DNA from: an uncultured virus (IMG/VR IMGVR_UViG_3300037963_002983)
Taxonomy: Duplodnaviria > Heunggongvirae > Uroviricota > Caudoviricetes
Length of the DNA: 35,316 nt
Strand: one strand, 5' to 3'
IMG/VR virus record: IMGVR_UViG_3300037963_002983
Shown piece after piece: positions 17,383-27,100 of the stretch. Position 1 is the first letter of the stretch. Each line of letters starts with the position of its first letter. The notes beneath the pieces were generated by a model. It worked only from the letters and a program-made list of their open reading frames with translations, made no database searches and was not told where the DNA came from. Position numbers and translations under genes: made by a program.

Positions 17383-17522
17383 GTTTAAAACAGAAGTGTG
17401 CTTATTGTGGAGATAAGACATTAGCAAAGAGAATCTTAGGATTCTATGTTGGCTCTAGCGAGCAAGTAAAACTTTGGGAATGTCGGTCTTGTAAGGGTAT
17501 ATGGTCGAAAGACACTAAATAA
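17379..17522 (+). CDS. 47-aa Zn-ribbon protein (not in ORF track)
   Basis: MSLKQKCAYCGD...LWECRSCKGIWS; ATGA-coupled; last gene before the terminator. Confidence 0.65.
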   Translation: MSLKQKCAYCGDKTLAKRILGFYVGSSEQVKLWECRSCKGIWSKDTK

Positions 17523-17524
17523 TT

Positions 17525-17566
17525 AGGAGAGAGAGTAGTTTAGGCTACTCTCTTTCCTTTTTTTTT
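17525..17566 (+). terminator. hairpin plus T-tract terminator at the convergence of the two arms
   Basis: AGGAGAGAGAGTAGT/GCTACTCTCTTTCCT stem (about 15 bp including G-U pairs) running into a T9 tract, with further T- and A-runs to about 17612. Confidence 0.8.
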
Positions 17567-17601
17567 GGCATTTTTTTTCAAATTTTTAATTTATAAAAAA
17601 T

Positions 17602-17757
17602 TCATTTTTTTTCTACATAAGTGCAAACTTCATCTTCCGTTGAATTTAGAATAATAAATTTTAACTGTTTATCTTCATCGTAAAATAACCAAGTAATTGT
17701 GAATCCCCATATAATTCCAATGATTAAAAGTGAAAAAAGGTAAGTTAAAAACGACAT
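17602..17757 (-). CDS. 51-aa membrane protein (not in ORF track)
   Basis: MSFLTYLFSLLIIGIIWGFTITWLFYDEDK...; N-terminal TM helix; last gene of the tail arm. Confidence 0.55.
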   Translation of the reverse strand: MSFLTYLFSLLIIGIIWGFTITWLFYDEDKQLKFIILNSTEDEVCTYVEKK

Positions 17758-17763
17758 GCTGAA

Positions 17764-18321
17764 CTATTGCGGTGGTAAACTTCCCCAAAAACCCATTTCG
17801 GTACAATAACTAGAATATTTATTTCTCATTAGGGTTTCATATTCACTACATGATAGAGAATTAGCACTAGTCCAAGTATCGAACCATGCTACATCCCATT
17901 GAGAACCCGAAGGTGGATTCCAAGTTTCTATATCAGCCTGTATTAAGTTAAATCTATTGTCTTTAGCACAATGAGGCCAAACTAAATTTATTACATCTTG
18001 TGAATTTTCTATGATTGTAACTGATGTAACATTTGGATTTGTTAATAATGCAACATTTACCATGCCTATACCTAGTCCTCCGATTAAAACATGACCTGTT
18101 GCATTATCCCATAACCACTGATGTTCTCTATATTCCGCTTCCGAGTCTTGCATAATTGGCATATCACAAGCACTATGTAATAATACACAATAATTTAAGT
18201 TAGATTCTTGTTTCATTTCTAAATACAATTGCCACATATTGTCAGTAGTTGTATTAGTATAGTGGGCAACTTCAAAATCTCCCGATACTCCCTGCGGTAT
18301 ATTAACTGTTATTCTTGTCAT
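17764..18321 (-). CDS. class I SAM-dependent transferase, spermidine-synthase-like fold
   Basis: VLIGGLGIG (motif I), VTIIE, IQADI, WDVAWFDTW. Confidence 0.8.
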   Translation of the reverse strand: MTRITVNIPQGVSGDFEVAHYTNTTTDNMWQLYLEMKQESNLNYCVLLHSACDMPIMQDSEAEYREHQWLWDNATGHVLIGGLGIGMVNVALLTNPNVTSVTIIENSQDVINLVWPHCAKDNRFNLIQADIETWNPPSGSQWDVAWFDTWTSANSLSCSEYETLMRNKYSSYCTEMGFWGSLPPQ

Positions 18322-18334
18322 TTTAATTCCTCAA

Positions 18335-19081
18335 TTAGAATGTAACTATAATATCGTGAACTACTTCTTGTGCAACTCCACCAATAGTTCCTTCGGCACT
18401 TAGTCTAAGAGTAAAAGTATCATTAGTTGCAGGAAAAGTAGTGCTACCTCTACCCCCTCCTAACTGTAGTGCCGCCACATAAATACTTGCCGAACCCGAA
18501 ACTCCAAACGCATAAATTCCTCCTGTATGGTCTATACTACCCGAAGGCATAGCCGTATTATCTTGAATAGGCGTTCTATCTCTATAAGTACCCGAATTAT
18601 TGGAAGGATGAACAGAAGTTATTTGGGTTAGTGTTATTGAAGTTCCATTACTCATGCTACTATTTACTAATGCCCCCGATTCAACTTTCCAATTTATACT
18701 GCTTACACCGCTATTGTTGGCAGTAGTAGAATCATCCCATCCTCTAAGATACCCTCCTATAACAAAAGTTAAAGCACCAAAGGCACTACTAGAATGTGCG
18801 CTTTGTATTGTTGAAGTTGCTAGTGTGACTGATTGTGTTGTTCTAGTTGGAGAAGATGCAGTACCAAGTCCACTTGACCCGTCAAATACTCCTCCTATTG
18901 CCGTAGTTCCTTGAAAAAAACCAAATTTAACTGCTCCACCACTAGAACTGTTGGGATAATTACCACTAGCACTAGTAGCAATTTGTATAAAATCACTACT
19001 TGCCCCTCCTCCGCCGGAAGCAGGAAATTGAATGTATGAATTTATTATATGAACAGGTATAACATCACGCCCTATAACCAT
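18335..19081 (-). CDS. putative receptor-binding/fibre-tip virion protein
   Basis: Ser/Gly/Thr-rich, beta-rich; N-terminal ASGGGG linker; directly downstream of the tail fibre. Confidence 0.5.
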   Translation of the reverse strand: MVIGRDVIPVHIINSYIQFPASGGGGASSDFIQIATSASGNYPNSSSGGAVKFGFFQGTTAIGGVFDGSSGLGTASSPTRTTQSVTLATSTIQSAHSSSAFGALTFVIGGYLRGWDDSTTANNSGVSSINWKVESGALVNSSMSNGTSITLTQITSVHPSNNSGTYRDRTPIQDNTAMPSGSIDHTGGIYAFGVSGSASIYVAALQLGGGRGSTTFPATNDTFTLRLSAEGTIGGVAQEVVHDIIVTF

Positions 19082-20789
19082 ATAGTGTAACTTTTAATCC
19101 TTTACCGGCAGTTGAAGAACCTATTTGGTCTATATCAAAAGTAATTAAAGCATCATTGGCTAAGGCAGTATCGCTTATTACCGCAGCCGAGGCAGCCGAA
19201 GTGGAAGTAGTTTCGCTTGCATCAATAGATAGTTTAGTGCTTAGTATTGTAGAACCTGCTTCATTAATGTCTACTATAATTGTAGAACCTACCGGAGCAG
19301 TTGTGCAGTTTGCTTTTACTCCTGTTAGTGTCATAGCAAATGGCATATTGAAACTTGCTTTAGCAGTTCCCGTAGTTAAGTCGGTAGTTTCATCCGATAA
19401 AGCCACAATAAAAACTTCTTCTGTAACTTTTACATCCGTTCCTGCACCATTAATAAAATGTAAATGATTATCAGCGTTAGTGTATAATTGTCCTCTATCA
19501 GCAGTATTTGTAGGGGCTGATATTTCATCTAAAGATATTGCTCCCTCAACAGTAATCATAGCATTAGTATCTATGGTGTTAGTTCCAAAACTCATTTGTC
19601 CGGTAGTGGATTTTAATAAAGCCATTGTTGTATTAGTAGCGTCTCCTTTCAAGAAATAAACAAATGAACTTCCGGTAGTTCCACTGTTTCTAAAAAATCT
19701 AACACTTTGACTACCACTACCGTCAGCATCAACATCTATGTCTAGCATAGTTGCTTCATTTGTAGAAGTATTTTTGGCGAGTATCTGTGCTTGACTATCC
19801 TGTAAGCCTACTAAATCTAAATACCCATCTTGTGAATTTTCTTGTATTCTAAGAGTTGGACTTGTGGCAGCCCGAATATGTAAGTTTTTATCCGGTGCAT
19901 TAGTTCCTATACCTACATTTGATGTAGAACCATCCAATCTCATAATTTCAGTATCGCTTCCTCCGTCATTAATATTAAAAATAATATCCTTATCACTAAC
20001 AGTATTCTTAATTGTAATATCATCGCTAGATTCTGTTATTGTTAATTCAGCCGCACTTCCTAGAGATAAGGATTTAACTTTAGTTAAACCTGTTCCATCA
20101 ACAGAAAATACCTCCGTTAAGGTATCAGTCAAATCCCCATCGGCATCATCATCAGTAACTATCTCAAATTTTTCATCAGCCGTATTATCGCCTAATACAA
20201 ATCTAACATCTGCATCTGCTATCTTATTGTGAAAAGTTGTTTTGGTTGCACTTCCCTCTATTGACATGGCCTCTGTATAAGCCGAAGTTCCATATCCAAT
20301 ACTTACATTGTTAGCGACTTTGCTTGTTGTTAAGTATTGAACTACCATATCGTTAAATCCATTACTTGTATATGTGATAATGGCAATTATGGTATCTCCA
20401 TCATCATAAGGAGGTATAGCATTTTGAGTAGAACTACCGTGTTTTCTTATTTTTAATACGGGAGGAGTCGCATTATCAGCAACTAATAGATGATGGGTGT
20501 TAGCAGTTGCTTGAAAATCACTAGCAGTAAAATTATCTGCCGATACTGAAAGAAAAGCACCATCACGGAATATTTTACCCTCCGCTACTTGTAATACATT
20601 TCCACTACTTGCTTGTGTAATGTCAAAATCAGTAGCAGAACCTTTCACTACATAGTTTCCTCTCATGCCTAGACTTAACGCCTTAATTAATCCTGTATGC
20701 GGAAAATCCGTTGAGTCTGTTATTTGGTCTATTGATGTATCGTCTTTTGTTGCCGTCGCAAAATAATGCGGGTTTGTTTCTGTTGCCAT
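19065..20789 (-). CDS. tail fibre protein (mosaic)
   Basis: N-terminal attachment-like domain (LQVAEGKIFRDG), VGIGTNAP fibre motif, Thr/Ser/Asp-rich, C-terminal beta-sandwich. Confidence 0.75.
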   Translation of the reverse strand: MATETNPHYFATATKDDTSIDQITDSTDFPHTGLIKALSLGMRGNYVVKGSATDFDITQASSGNVLQVAEGKIFRDGAFLSVSADNFTASDFQATANTHHLLVADNATPPVLKIRKHGSSTQNAIPPYDDGDTIIAIITYTSNGFNDMVVQYLTTSKVANNVSIGYGTSAYTEAMSIEGSATKTTFHNKIADADVRFVLGDNTADEKFEIVTDDDADGDLTDTLTEVFSVDGTGLTKVKSLSLGSAAELTITESSDDITIKNTVSDKDIIFNINDGGSDTEIMRLDGSTSNVGIGTNAPDKNLHIRAATSPTLRIQENSQDGYLDLVGLQDSQAQILAKNTSTNEATMLDIDVDADGSGSQSVRFFRNSGTTGSSFVYFLKGDATNTTMALLKSTTGQMSFGTNTIDTNAMITVEGAISLDEISAPTNTADRGQLYTNADNHLHFINGAGTDVKVTEEVFIVALSDETTDLTTGTAKASFNMPFAMTLTGVKANCTTAPVGSTIIVDINEAGSTILSTKLSIDASETTSTSAASAAVISDTALANDALITFDIDQIGSSTAGKGLKVTLYGYRA

Positions 20790-20790
20790 T

Positions 20791-21129
20791 CTACTCTACC
20801 TCCAAAAATATAAAAAATTCTGCCGTTTCATTAGAAGCAAATGGCCCAACTCCTTCAAAGTTTTCTCTAAGCAACATATTACTAGAAGAATCAAAAACAC
20901 CAACTTCTCTAATAACTTGACCCGTTAATGCTCCTCCTCCTGCGACTGAAACCTTTACTTGAACTACATTTTCATCCGATTTAATGGCTGAAACAGAAGC
21001 CGATGATAAAACATTGTCCAAGTCTGTTTGAGAACCATAAGTAGAATTTCCTCCTAGCCCCACCTTTGCATTATTTATTAAAGACACTACTTGGTCTGCC
21101 AGTAAAGATTGTAATTTATCGCTTATCAA
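20791..21129 (-). CDS. small baseplate/tail-fibre attachment protein
   Basis: IREVGVFD motif typical of tail-fibre N-terminal/collar domains; position between hub and fibre. Confidence 0.55.
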   Translation of the reverse strand: MISDKLQSLLADQVVSLINNAKVGLGGNSTYGSQTDLDNVLSSASVSAIKSDENVVQVKVSVAGGGALTGQVIREVGVFDSSSNMLLRENFEGVGPFASNETAEFFIFLEVE

Positions 21130-24100
21130 AAGTCTTCCTCCTCTAATGTGGTGAATATAGTTGTTCCTATATTAAGTGGAGAGGTGCTTGTATTTAGGGT
21201 TGTTGAAGCAGTATTCAAAGTAAAAGAACCCGCAGTCACCGACTTTTTGCGAATCAGCATTCTAATTGGTTTTATTTTGATTTTATCTAAAAAACTAAAT
21301 TGCGTTGAGTTTAAATCAACTAAATCTTCATTGAGCCTATTGTTGGTTTTCCTATTCGCTATGCTTAGTTCGGCAAACCTATCTTCTAATCCTTTGATGT
21401 ATTTACCTAACTCTAATTCCATCATGCCCGAAAGCGAGTGTTGTATATCCAATACTAAAAATTCACTTCGGGGTATATTTTCTTCTAGAATCTCAACAGT
21501 TATTATATCACCTGCTCTTAGTTGTGACATGTTTTTATGACCTACTGTTAGATTTAGATTGAAGTTATCTTCATTGTGTAGTTTCAAAAGTTCGTTTGCT
21601 CTTTTATCTACTTCGGACTGTGTTATCAATTCTTCTTCAAAGACTTGTAATGATTTGATTCCATCTTTCTTAATACTCTTCATTTCCTTTCTAATTGCTT
21701 TATGGTTTCTTCCAAAGACGGTTATATCATTAAACTTATCAAAAGAACTTTTAGTTTTCTTGTAGGTAAATATCTCATTATCTGTTGATTGTGTAGTTAA
21801 GAATAGTTTAGATTGGAAGGAACTATCATCGTTTTTTATAGAAAAAGAACTACCGTCTTCTATTAATTTCTTATTCTTTTTATTCATTAAGAAAGTGATT
21901 GCTGAATACAAATCTACTCCCGTAAACTTAGGTGAAACAATAAGAGGGTAGGTTTCGTTCTTATTAATAGTAAATGTAATTCCATTTTCTTCTAATAGGT
22001 CATTAATTAGTAAATCACTATCAGTCCCTATATTAACAACAGAACCTATCAATGCTCTTTTAGCATTTGATACATTTTCAGGCACACTTACAGTTATTGC
22101 TTCCGATACTGAAACAACTCCCAATAGTTCTTTTTGGTCTTTTAAGCGCAAATAGTATTCGGGTATTGTAGTTGATGTTTCCGGTTGTATAAATTCTACT
22201 TCTGTATAATTTTGATTGTCACCATCACTAAATAACATCTTAGTAGAGCCTTCTTTAAGTATGTTATCCCTTAAATTAGTAGGGTCTGTCACTATTAAGT
22301 CATTACCTGTGTTTTGGCTATCAGCATCTACAATAACATACATCGAAAGAACTCCTTCATTATTGCTTTCAAAAGGTCTAGAACCCAACCCGTCTTTTAT
22401 TTGATAAGCATTAATTTCATCATAATTTGCTTCTTCATATGGTTTCTTTGTATATTTAGAAGATAATTCATTTAGTTTAATGTTTTTAGGACTAAAAGAA
22501 TTAAAACAAGTATGGTTAGGTTGCATTATCTTGTAGTATTGAAATCGTGAAGCGTGGTTCATTCTATGGAAGCATCCTTTTCCACTATCTGTACTATCGG
22601 GAATATCGGATATTTTTATTGGGTCGGGTAAAGTTCCGCTAAGTGTAATAATGTGTTTTCTAGAATGGTCGGTTGTATCTATTTCATGGGATAGAATGTA
22701 TAGTATGTGTCTAGGAGTCGTAGCATCATTACTAAATCTCCTACTATGGCTGTTTTCATATACTCCATGACTACCCGATAGATTTTGATTAGTGGGAGTA
22801 TAAACATATGATAAGCCTTGAAGATTTGTAGTATATCGTACGCTCCCATCATCTCTAATGTATTGTCCTGCTTCGGACACTAAATAACAACCTGTTAAAT
22901 CTACATTACTTAACCACATAGGATTATGACTCCCATACATAGTATTTGGGTCGCCCGAAGCATTAACATTCATAGACTTTAAATCAGCATCGGTTAGCCA
23001 AAAAGTATGTATGTCTGTTCCATTACTACCTTTCTTAGTGCCTATAAAATTCCTACTTACGGCAATAGGGGCTGATGAACTTGTACTTGCTATTGCGTTT
23101 TTATCCATATGCAGTCTGTTAAAATTAACTGCATGACATTCATATGACCTAATACAAGTTCCTTCCGGCACTTTATCAGTAGCATAATCATCTATTCCTG
23201 TTCTAATATATGCTTGTGTAGGGATGTGGTCTAAATTAGGACTTGCAGTTTCAGCAGCCGTTTTAGCAAGGCCAACTCCATCAATGACAAATATTGAACC
23301 AACAGTTGCTCTAGCCGGATAATCCCCCGTATGAGTAAATGAAACTGCGTCTATTTGATAACCTATATCTAATTTAAGTATGGGCTTAAGTCCAAACATA
23401 ACACCGTCTGCGTCATTTGCATAAGTGACACTATTTCTACCTGTTATATCTTCTGTTGCCGAGCCATTTTCTGCTTTATTATTAGCAAACCCCCCGTAGG
23501 CTATTGTTCCATTTGAGCCTGAAAGTATGGCTTCATTCATACTAATGCCAACTCTAGATTGTAAGTAAGATGTTTGTTCTAAATGAGCCACTTTAGATAC
23601 TCCGGTTATTCTAGTTCCTACCATACCTGCTACTGCTTTTGCGCCTTCTCCTCCTTTTATGGTAAAGTTGTTAAAAAATATAGGCTTAAAATTTTGTAAT
23701 ATTTGCCCAAATAATGAATGTCTAATTCTATGCTCGCTTGTGACCGCAGCCCCGCTATGGTCTATTCCTACTACTTGTCTTTTAACATAAGCGTAAGGTT
23801 CTGTACCGTCTCCCGACTCGGCGGATATGTTTCTAGATGCCATATATTCCATAAATAGAGGGAATGGAGCATTAGTTCCATATTCTCCTCTAGTGCTAAC
23901 ATCACTATTAGCCGAATCGTTAGCAATCATAAATATATTTGGCCTATATCCAAAGTTAATAGGTAGCCACAAATTAACATCTGTTTCTCCATTTCCTATC
24001 CCAAATGCTGAACTTTCAGCAGATTGTGTCATAAAAGGACTAAATGTTCTTTTTTTACCATGTATTAATTCGCCTACTTCCGTATGATAATCAATATTAG

Positions 24101-27100
24101 TATGGCTAGCATTATCTCCTCCAAAACCTGCATCATCATCTCCTCTAAGTGAGTTTACATGATTAGTATATTCGGCTGCGCTAGAAGATTCACCATCATT
24201 GTCTTTTTCTGCAATACCTCTCATAACTGCACTTTTTAGTAGATGAATGCTAAAATCAATATTTCTAAAATCCCCAATTTCTCCCATTCCTTGTAGATAA
24301 GAATATCCGGTAGCATTACTTGAACTAGCAATATTTTGTGTTTCTACTGGTATGTAATATAATGGATATTGCCTAGATTCAGTAGGAACGCTACCGCTTC
24401 TATTAACTTGATAGTCAAAATAATCCACGCTAACTCCACTAGCATTAACTGTTGTTTTAACGGGTGCTGATGTTAATACAATAGTATTAGTTCCAATGGA
24501 TGAAACTACTCCTATATATCTTCCTTCCTTATCGCATATAATATCACCGGCAGTTCCTCCCGACCAATTTCCACTTAGGTTAAGAGTGTTTGTTGATATA
24601 CTATTGATGTGAAGCCCTATATCTCCTGAACCGCTTTCTACAACCCTTTTCATGTGAGTAAATGGATAGATAGTTTGTGGGATTGTTATATTTTTAGAAG
24701 GAGGATTTTCGGGGTCTATTTGGTTAAAACAAAAATCATAAACAACTTCTGTAAGTCTCATAATGCTAAATCTTCTTAGGTTTCTAATTTCTTTACCTGT
24801 CACGGAAGTAATTATAGAAGAAGAGTATTGATTGTCCAGTCTTGTTATAGAACTAGATTCCCCAATAAAACCAAGTGCATCTTTTGGTTCTCTATAATCA
24901 CTAGTAGTTGTGTCTTTTAAAAACATAATACTGTATTTGGTTAAGTCTCTATCCTTTCCTGCATACATTAGGCTATCTTTTCTTGTTGAGGAATATGGCA
25001 ATAAATCACTATTTGAGAATAAAAACATTCTAGCCACTTTAGGGTCTATGTGTCCAAATCTATCTTTAACTAAAAAAGGCGTATGTAGTTTAGTCGAACT
25101 TACTGTTTGAGTTTCTGTTACGGGTGTTGGTGGTAATAAAACAATAGGGTAAGAACCGGAATGAAAGCCATCCATGTCATAGGTATATTCATTAGAACTT
25201 TCTATTGGGTGAGTGCTATGTTTTTCTAAAGTAGTCATGTCAAAAAACTTACTTCCTGTACTTGGCAATAAGCCTCTAGATTCGGGGATTCTCTTATAAT
25301 CAAATTGGAAAAATTTTGTTGTCACTCCACTAGCACTAGCAGTAGCATTGTTTGTTAATATTACTTCATGGGTTTCAGTACTTCCCGAAGAAACTCCCAC
25401 TAGGGATTCTACAAAGGTGTTAGCAGGAACTCCACTAGCCACTATTTTTTGTCCAACTCTAGGAAAAGAAAGTGCTTCTATCCCTCCATAAGAACTTGAT
25501 TTTAAATTATGTTCTATGAAAGGTGAACCATCAAAAGTTTCTATTTGGCTAAACCCTACAAAAGAAAGCCCCATAATATCTGTGCCTATAATATTAGTTT
25601 GTTCTATTCCATCAATATAATGACCCGCATTAAACCTGTATGAACTAGCGTAGTAAGGTATTTTGCTTTTTGTTTCTGTATAATATTGTTCAGTTGAGCC
25701 TAAAATCTTAGGAAGGATTGTATTTATATTCCCTTTTTCTATATTTAATAGTCTATATAGGGGTGTTCCAAAAACTTCTTGAGAAGACTTAGGCATTTCA
25801 TCTGCTTGTGTTGTAGAACCGTCATAATAGTGCGCCCTTCTAGATACATTAGAACCACCTTGATAGTGAAGATGGAAGGGTTGTGAGGTCACTATTGGAT
25901 AATTTAACAATGATGTTTTATTATAAGTATTTCCGGTTTGTAGTTTAGGATGAATGAGGCCAATTGTTTTAGCACCATGTAAGTGCGCTCCATTTAATAA
26001 ACTTAATTCATGCGTTAATTTAGAACTTTCTTTTGTTTCTTTTGTTGCTTTAGATAATATAGAAACATCTTCCTTTGCATGTCCATTCAACTTATCAATT
26101 TGCATACCTGCCTTAAATTTAAAAAGAATAGAAGAAGTTTGACTACTAGTAGCACTTGCACTAATGGTTATTTTAGCAGTGTCTACTATTTCAGTAATGG
26201 TTGTCCCGCTTGTTATCCCTGTTCCCGAAAGTTCCATCCCCACAAATAGATTATCAGTCGAAGGAGTTTCTAAAATAGTGCTTCCCGAAACACAAACACA
26301 ATCTAAAGTAAATAAGCCCACTCTTCTATCTAAGTAAATTTGAGTGTTAGTTGATTTAACTACTTGAACTACATTTGCTAAAAATTTACCATTAATGTAA
26401 ATAGGTTTATTGTGTAGGTTTCTATTTCCTCTAAGTTGATTCATACTTGATAAAGCAGTATCAGCATCTACCTCTATATATCTTTGAACAGAAGTAGCAT
26501 CCGCAACTATTCTTCCTAGATTAGTTCCCGAATAACTAGTATCATTAGTATTGGCATAATTTATATCTACTCTTCCTAAAGTCAATGGCATGTAAGGGGC
26601 TATTACTATATCAGTTCCGTTGTCTTTAGAGGTAGTTGAAATAACTTCAAAATCCATCAAAGTATTAACTGTATCAAAGGTAGAACTCTCTAATGTGCTT
26701 TGAAAGTGAGGGTCACTCTTCATTCTTTTTACTTCGTTTATATTATAGCCCAAAGCATTTTCATTAGTGCTATGGCTAGTTCCTACTAAGTCTGTTGTCT
26801 CCGCACCCGTAGAATCTATTTGTGTTCCCGATTTAAAGAATAGCCCTTTGCTAGAAGCACCACTTAAACTAGTAGAAGACTCAATATAAGGATTAGTGGC
26901 AAGTGCTTTATTGAATACAAAGTTATGATTTGCTTCTTTATAGCCTGTTAAAGTAGTTCCTTCTGCTCTAGGAAAATCAACTAGGGTAAAACTAGTTCCA
27001 GTTGTTCCTGAAGATATTTCTCCCACATAACTCATCATTCCTGTGTCGTATTTTATGTGTATTTTATCTCCTGTTGCTAAAGTTATGCTTGTTGAAGCAG

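Noticed and set aside
17764..18321. DNA methyltransferase explaining motif avoidance
   Set aside because: It lacks amino-MTase (D/N/S)PP(Y/F) and C5 PC motifs and is too small to include a target-recognition domain.
18335..20789. Diversity-generating retroelement targeting the fibre genes
   Set aside because: No reverse transcriptase and no TR/VR pair with adenine-specific mismatches were noticed in the window.
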